From Eledone cirrhosa (lineage: Eukaryota): DNA of 64,000 nucleotides. Below are positions 56,704-64,000 of this stretch, in pieces (the stretch's first letter is position 1; every line of letters begins with the position of its first letter). The notes beneath the pieces were generated by a model that saw only the letters and a list, made by a program, of their open reading frames with translations, did no database searches and was not told where the DNA came from. Made by a program: the position numbers and the translations under genes. Location of the stretch: positions 7,998,001 to 8,062,000 of the forward strand of contig OZ024754.1 of the NCBI GenBank assembly GCA_964016885.1, given 5' to 3'.

Positions 56704-56965
56704 GCATGGCTTAGTGGTTAGATCATTGAGCTTGCAATCGGAAGGTTGTGAGTTCAATTCTCGGACCGGATGATCTGTTGTTTCCTTGAGCAAGACACTT
56801 TATTTCACGTTGCTCCAGTTTACTCAGCTGTAAAAATGAGATGAAGAGGTACCGGCCTGCCCACCCTGCCAGTGGGATGGCGTTATCTTATGGCTAAAAC
56901 AGCACGACGTGCTGTGACCAGCGGCGCCGAATGGACGCCCGACAGCCTGGTCGGTCAAGGTGATA
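56700..56965 (+). mobile_element. tRNA-derived CORE-like SINE
   Basis: TGGCTTAGTGG A box, GAGTTCAATTCTC B box, CCTTGAGCAAGACACTTTATTTCAC. Confidence 0.8.
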
Positions 56966-56972
56966 TATATAT

Positions 56973-57490
56973 AATATTAATATTAATAAATGGAAGCTAT
57001 CTTTATAAAACCATATTTATTTTATTATATATATTTCAAGGGTACCAAAATATTGGTACCAACTCATCAGATAAAATACAAAAGTTGGTTGACAGATAGT
57101 GACATATTCAGACAAGATCTCAATGCTATGAGTTCTATTCAAATAGAAATCTATAGTTCTATTCAAATAGAACTCAAGAAGATCTTGTCTGAATATGTCA
57201 CTATCTGTAAACCAACTTTTCTATTTTATCTGATGAGGGCGTACTAAAATTTTGGCCGAGGTATTCCGTACTTCTCTGTACTGTTTCAGAAAGGACGGAT
57301 AAACATGCCAATCTATGTTTAGAATCCCGAGCAACGCCGGGTCATTCTGCTAGTATATAATAAAGTAAATATGGTTTTATGAAGATAGCTTCCATCTATT
57401 GATATTATACTCCAGAAGAAAACTGTTGAGTGCTTCTAATCTGTTTTAAATTAAATTTGTTGAATAATCAATAAATTAAATAACTCATTG

Positions 57491-57495
<5 letters not shown>
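56973..57495. mobile_element. Family B inverted insertion; right HHR interrupted
   Basis: Intact HHR on minus strand 57018-57078; right arm broken by 57256-57353; tail with ACTC..GAGT. Confidence 0.8.
57256..57353 (+). mobile_element. Helitron 3'-end fragment
   Basis: Hairpin CCCG-AGCAACGC-CGGG, then TCATTCTG-CTAG|T. Confidence 0.65.
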
Positions 57496-57536
<41 letters not shown>

Positions 57537-57539
<3 letters not shown>

Positions 57540-57668
57540 GAAAATAGTCAAGACCCCCGACGGCTGAACTCCGGCCGTTTCGACAGCTAGGTCCGAAAGC
57601 TACTCTACTACCCTAGGTATCGAGTAATCTGGTGCGTTATGGTCCACCTGGTTTCTTACCACACTTTG

Positions 57669-57672
<4 letters not shown>
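57537..57672. mobile_element. Family C inverted insertion (truncated)
   Basis: Short (-) arm joined to (+) tail. Confidence 0.75.
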
Positions 57673-57698
<26 letters not shown>

Positions 57699-57699
<1 letters not shown>

Positions 57700-58305
57700 G
57701 TGGCTGCCAACTCGTTTTCGAGTACGGCCACTACTTTATATCCATGTAGGAGAACCCCTACCGATGCGCTGAACGAGTGTGACTTTTTAGTCCAGCCAGC
57801 GACTTGAAAACTCTGGTACAAACACTACACTTGTGACAATTATTGACACAGTGCTGGGCCCATGGTACCATGTGACCACAAGTGCAGAGAGATCTCCAGA
57901 TATAAAGCAATGCCTGTGCCGTGAAGCTTTTATAGTGAGCAAAGGCACTGCACAAAGCCAGTCCCACTCTCTTAACCAAGATGATATTTACCAAAAAGAA
58001 GAACAAGTCATCATCATTGGATACCATCAGGGTTGCAGGTGTTATATCAGAGTTTTCCTTCTCCTAGAATTCTGCCTTGACAAAGGCTAAGGGGTCATCT
58101 CTCCCGGTGATTTTGGATGGCCATTGACTCTTAAGAGCACCTTTGCCCTTTGACAGGTTTTGTTTTTAGTCCTACAGGATGTCCAAAGTCACCCTCCTCA
58201 CCAAGAAACCTTGGTGGGGTTGCCAGTTTAGTCCCCAACGACCCGACCATGGGACAGGTTGTACTGGGATACATGTTACCAGTAGCACCAATTGGTGACC
58301 TGACA
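57699..58305 (-). mobile_element. Internally deleted RTE/BovB-like element (R3)
   Basis: ORF end CSVCTRVFKSLAGLKSHTRSAHR* (C-terminal CCHH finger typical of RTE-BovB), 3' hairpin CTCGAAAACGAG; 5' region homologous to 14720-15025. Confidence 0.7.
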
Positions 58306-59372
58306 TAATATATATATATGTATATACATATATATATATACAATAGTAATAAACGAAAGATATATACTTTATATCATCTCAGTTTTATATATATATATAT
58401 ATATATATCTAGGGCGGGTAAAATTCCCGAGATTATATAAGTAATAGTAATAAACAAAATATATATTTTTTATATCATCTCTTTTTATTTTACTATATAT
58501 ATTTCGAAGTTGCAAAGTTTTATGTATAACAAACAAAAAGATGTTCTCTTCAGACAAAAAATACATATGAGATGTATAATTTTTTCATGATATGCCCGCA
58601 TACAACCAAACTGAACAGATCGGTGACCACCAACCCCATATATATATATATGGCAAACTCACACACACGTGTGTGTGTCATAAATGTGTATATATGCCTT
58701 GTCAGCAGTAAGTAATGCTTACTGTAGAAACGTGGTACTCACACCTCTGAAAATAACACATTTTTCTTCCATCCAGTTAACTTCTTTCTGATGAAGTGCA
58801 ATCTTAGAAACGTAATGCATACGAATGAACATTGTATAATGCAGTCAGCACACGTAGACGGTTATGTAATTGTACAGAAACATATGTTAAAGAATGAACA
58901 TTCAATAAATTTCTTCTTCCGTCTTTTTCTTCCTGCCTAGTTTTTCAGTTTTTCCTGGTATCATATTTATACTTATATGAATTGAGTCTCTTTTTAACTA
59001 AACATATTCATTGACAGCCTCATACTCTCACATCTTGAATAATCGTCTCCATCTGCTTATTAATTTTTCAATTTTTTTTCCAAACCCCCCACTTATTAAA
59101 TTTTATTGTGATTCATATCGATACAGCAGCTGGAGAATCTAATAATTATTTTAATTTACATTTATAAAAAAAAACAAAACATTATATATGGCAAAAAAGG
59201 CCATCACAAGAAATCCCATATTTACGAACGTGCACTATACAGTTACCGATTTCGCAACCCCTCCGTGTATTCCAACATCCCTACCCCACTCCTATCCCAC
59301 TACTTATAAGAATGTAAGCAAATGGCCAAAGCTCTACGCTTATTCCAACCGCCTCCTATTATTTGGGACCCG

Positions 59373-59764
59373 GTGGTGGATTGGCGGTGGATTGGCAGTA
59401 TCGGTAGAGGTTCGGACGCCATGCTTTGACGCATAGAGTTACGGCCCTTGCCATTCTGAGTTCAAATCCCGCCGAGGTTAACTTTGCCTTTCATCCTTAC
59501 GGGGTCGATAAAATAAAGTACCAGTAATGTACTGGGTAATTTTCTGGCCTTGTGCCAATAGTAGAAACAATTATTTGGGACCCGGTGGATTGGCAGTATC
59601 GGTGGAGGGTCGGACGCCATGCTTTCCAGCATAGTTACGTCCCTTTACGATCTGAGTTCAAATCCCGCCGAGGTTGACTTTGCCTTTCATCCTTACGGGG
59701 TGGATAAAATAAAGTACCAGTAATGCACTGGGTAATTGCTGGCCTTGTGCCTAAAGTAGAAACA
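59373..59764 (+). mobile_element. Two SINE S1 copies sharing a triplicated 15-bp target site
   Basis: ATTATTTGGGACCCG at 59358, 59570 and 59765. Confidence 0.9.
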
Positions 59765-60230
59765 ATTATTTGGGACCCGAGAGTATATGTATCTTTCTAA
59801 AAAAAATGTCAATTTCGTTGAATATCAATTTACTAAGAAGTTTCCAACTTTATTATGAAAATTGATATCGCAGCATGAATACTGCCTTTCAGTATATCAA
59901 ATTAAATATTAGTTTTAACGATATTATTTGCTAATTGGCATGTTACGTGTCTTAGGCTGTTCTGACGTCATCGTAATACCAATTAAATTTTCTGAAATTG
60001 CCCTCCAGTGAAGATATGATATTGTACGATTATTATTTCTTAATCTCATTATTAACGTAGAAAGCTTCATCAGTGTGATTTTCAGTTATCACTATTTCAC
60101 TTAACTAATGAACTCGGGGCATGCATGGATACCTCAGCTTCCGATTCATATTCTCCTACTAAATACCTTGTATTTATTCATGTATATTGCTGTATGTATG
60201 TAAAATGAATGTGACTTAGTGGTTAGCGGA

Positions 60231-60727
60231 GACCTCGCAACCTCTAAAACTTCAAACACGGAGTACCATGAAAAATCGGGCCACAAAACGGGGAGAAATG
60301 AGGCAAAGTGGGGAGATTTTACATAATGGTTTCTTATATAGGCACCAGGCCAGCAATTTTGGGGGAGCGGAAAGTCGATTAAATCCACCCCAGTGCGTGA
60401 CTGGCACTTTATTTTATCGACCCCATAAGGATGAAAGGCATAGTTAACCTCGGCGGGATTTGAACTCAAATAATAAAAGGCCGTAACTATGCTGCAAAGC
60501 ATGGCGTTCGACCCTCTACCGATACTGCCAGTCCACCGCCCCTACATACTGAAAGCTATACCCATTTTCACAAGAGAAGACATCTCCCACCCACCCCAAA
60601 GTGGGTGGGAGATATCGCTGTTGATTTTACATAATAAAAGCTGTACCCATTTTCACAAAACAAGACATCTCTCTCCCACCTCACAGTGGGTGGGAGATCT
60701 TGACGGACGGGGATAGTTGACAGGTCT
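60231..60727. mobile_element. MITE T1 with nested SINE S1 (60322-60542, minus) and internal duplication
   Basis: Flanks join to match 241-429. Confidence 0.7.
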
Positions 60728-63700
60728 GTTACAATGTTGGTTTCCCGGTCTTTAGGTCGTGGGTTCGATTCATGAGGCGAAAGCCGCGCTGTGACCTTGA
60801 GCAAGGCGTTTTATTTCATGCTGATTCAGTCCGTGCAAATAGAAAAACAAATATGTTGTATATGTTATCTAATTAGTTGATGTGTCACGCTGAATCTCCC
60901 TGAGAACTACTTTGAGATTACACATGTCTGTAATATGTTCAAAGTTTTCTATCCAACATTTTTATGATGAAGTTAATTCACCACATATGTATCAATGTAT
61001 ATATATTTATAAATACGCATACACCTTTTTGAAAGTACATTTTTCACAAATTTGATACCGATTCACGGTTTCCGACATCGTTGTCAAATGTCTTGTGAAA
61101 TATAATAATTAATCCATATTTCTATATTATTTCGTATGATACAATTAAGATATTTCATTAATGAGGTCAACAGATCTCTAGTTTCTCCGTAATAATTTCT
61201 ACAGAAACAGTAAAATTGTACTGAAATTAATTCAAGTGTTGCTGATACATCAATAAGTAGGAAATTATCAATTACAGTAAATCGAATTACAGTAAAGGAG
61301 TGTCATTTACTTGTTTAGGTGTTGGACACACGATCATGAGGACTTCAGTTCGATTCTTGAACTAGATAGCACGTTGTATTTTTAAACTAGATACTTCATT
61401 CCACGTTGCTCCTATGAAAGGATTGGGGTCCCTGCCAATATAACACTAGAAAAACGTCTACTGTATTTGTTGATTACAGAATAGAATCAGAAAGTGGCTG
61501 AATTAGCCAGTGTTGTAAGCCAATGTGCATAGAGACCATGTAATCAAAAATGAAAGACCATATAGGCGGCCAGTAAAACCTGTATATGTGTGTAAGCTGT
61601 GTATGAAATTACTGTAAGACTTCTCTGCCAAATATAGAATTTCACTAGAATCTATATTTTTGCGTATTTTCCTTCCCAAAATGCGGAGGAAATTAAGGTT
61701 AATTTCTAAATTCTTATCTATATTTTCTTTGATGAGCCAGGTATGGAATGATATTAATTCTATTAGTGGTAGTTTTTTTTTTTTTTTTTTTTTTTTTTCA
61801 AAGAGAGCCATAAAATATTGAAGCAGGGGAAATACCTTTCAGTGTTTAATCAGCAAGGATACGGTAGTGCTCTATCACTTGTCAGAAATACGACAGTGAT
61901 AGAAGGGAGGATGAAATCCTCAAGCAGGAGAACCGGCCTGGGGGGTTCAAAAAGAATGGGTTTCGCTACAAGTTACCAAAAAGTTGAATGTTGTTGATAT
62001 ACCACATGCTGTGGTAAGTCTACCACTCAAGTAGGCCACCGCGAAATTTGAACTCAGAAGACAAAGAACAAGAGCAACTTATTGCTCTGATAATTCAGCA
62101 AGCCTACCACTATTGACTAGTATTTTAACTATCAACTGTGAAAAGATAAAATGGAGAGTTGTCCTCGGCATGATTTGAACTTAGATTATAAAGAACAGGA
62201 ACATATATAGTGAAACCTTTTTTCTTCGTTGTAACGGATGTGACAGATTACATTCTTGATATCTGGTCTATATTTTACTGATACAAGTTTCAACAAAATC
62301 GATATTTTCAACCTACTAAGCCTGATAAATTACTACAATTTCACTAGAATGTTGAAGTCAATTGACAATGCCTCTTAAAGAAGACGCTACTATGTCTGTA
62401 AATATAATCGATATTGTTCTCGAATGAACTTAGTGACACGAAAATAAATATTGAAAATCAAAATTCTGAGACAATCTGGTCATCAAGATCAACTTTGTTA
62501 CACGTTACCTCAGTAAAGTATTCATAAACATTTGATAAAATAAACTAACAAATTTGACAAAAATATTTATCGAAATAAAGAAACCTTCCAAATTTCAGAA
62601 CAGTTTCTAAATGAATCATATAATTAATAGTTGGTAAAAATAGAAATATCAAATCTTCGGTGCTATAATTATATTTTTATTTGTAGTTTTTATAATCAAT
62701 TAATTTACAACTCTATATTATCAAGAAAACGAACTCGATGTTTGAGATCAATATGTGAGAAAACTCTCTTCGTTCACCAATTCCACCATTCTAAACAATA
62801 TCTTTATTTCTCTCTCTGTATACATTCATATCTTATTCTCCCTCTCCCTGTTTCTCTTCCTCTATACATTCATATCCTATTCTCCCTCTCCCTGTTTCTG
62901 TATACCTTTATATCATTCTCCCTCTCCCTGTTTTTCTCTGTATACCTTTATATCTTATTCTCCCTCTCCCTGTTTCTCTCTTTCTTCTATCTATGTATTT
63001 CCATCAGTATTTTACCTTTCTCTCGCTTCTTGTGAAGAAAAAAATATGCTTATCTGAAATAATTAAATAATTATTTGATGGAATGTATCCAAAGTTAAAT
63101 AATATATTTCACCTTACGTAATATAATTCTGATGCAAATTTCCTATTACTTATTCTAATCAAATCTAGGAAATTGGCATCTCTCGCTTCAAATATTTATA
63201 ATGAAATGCAGTGTTGCATCCTTAAAATGGCCGCCATCCAATTTGCAATAGAATAAAAGCAAACACCATCAATGTTACGAAACAGTTAATTGTGGCTCTG
63301 AATGGTGACACGTGACCCATATTCGTTGAAAGCAGAGAAGGTCCATTAAACAAATATACTGCACTCTTGCTTCCATTACTGTTGTTATGGTCTTACTGAG
63401 GTACGGTTTCATTTAATGGAGAATGTGAAAGTCGATGCTGGTTTAAATCAAATGCTTTTTGAGAAAGGAAACATCTTATTTCACTCATTTTCTGGACATT
63501 ACTATCATGCTATAATGCCAATATAATAGGAACCTACCTCTATCTTATAAATCATGTATGTTCTCTCAAGTGTAATATATCCATTATATCGAAATTGTTT
63601 TCATGATATATAACAGTTATATGTTTGACTTTTATCAGTTATTAATTTGAAAGTCAAACATGTCATTAAAAAGACAGATCACTGTATGTTCGAATCTCTC

Positions 63701-63851
63701 ATTGTCAATCTTTCTAATATCTCGTATTAACAATAGGTGAGGCTAAGAATTACTCTACTATATTCATGATGATTTCATGAAATATTAATTAATTGGATTG
63801 AGTCATAACCTGAAGTAATACAGTTTAGATATTCTGTCAATCAATTTTAAT

Positions 63852-64000
63852 CATCATCATCATCAGCATCATCATCAAGCGGCCTCAGCCGAAATAGACA
63901 ACAATTGATCTCCACGTGGGTCTGTCGTTCATTGCCGTTGCCAAGTCCTGGATTTCAATACCAGCATCTCTGGAGATGACATCGGGGTAGGGGAGCTTTC
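63852..64000 (-). mobile_element. RTE LINE R2 3' end
   Basis: YPDVISRDAGIEIQDLATAMNDRPTWRSIVVYFG* followed by a (TGA)n tail; runs off the window. Confidence 0.8.

Noticed and set aside
58785-58820. CTGATGA..GAAACGTA hammerhead-like motif
   Set aside because: Helix I and II pair poorly and no second copy or fold-back was seen; at best a decayed remnant.

Overview
Very AT-rich, repeat-saturated eukaryotic non-coding DNA. The SINE and LINE families look like those of octopus or another coleoid cephalopod (inference from recalled repeat sequences). I can support no host protein-coding exon; nearly all long ORFs are microsatellite artefacts. The dominant structure is a set of about 15 short, sequence-distinct element families inserted into (TA)n tracts. 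Most share one architecture: (TA)n - short inverted arm - variable junction - long arm plus ~45-150 nt tail - (TA)n. Many carry a type I hammerhead ribozyme (HHR) with a palindromic helix III, the hallmark of Penelope-like element (PLE) pLTRs. Three families have a compensatory U3-A8 core, and nine share an ACTC...GAGT hairpin at the start of the tail. Also present: an intron-containing tRNA-Lys(UUU) copy fused to a SINE tail, RTE LINE 3' fragments, internally deleted RTEs, tRNA-derived SINEs, non-autonomous Helitrons, hAT- and Tc1-type MITEs, TE-derived tandem repeats and a ~1.3 kb imperfect palindrome. Family letters are my own labels. Coordinates were counted by eye and repeat boundaries are approximate (about +/-10 nt).
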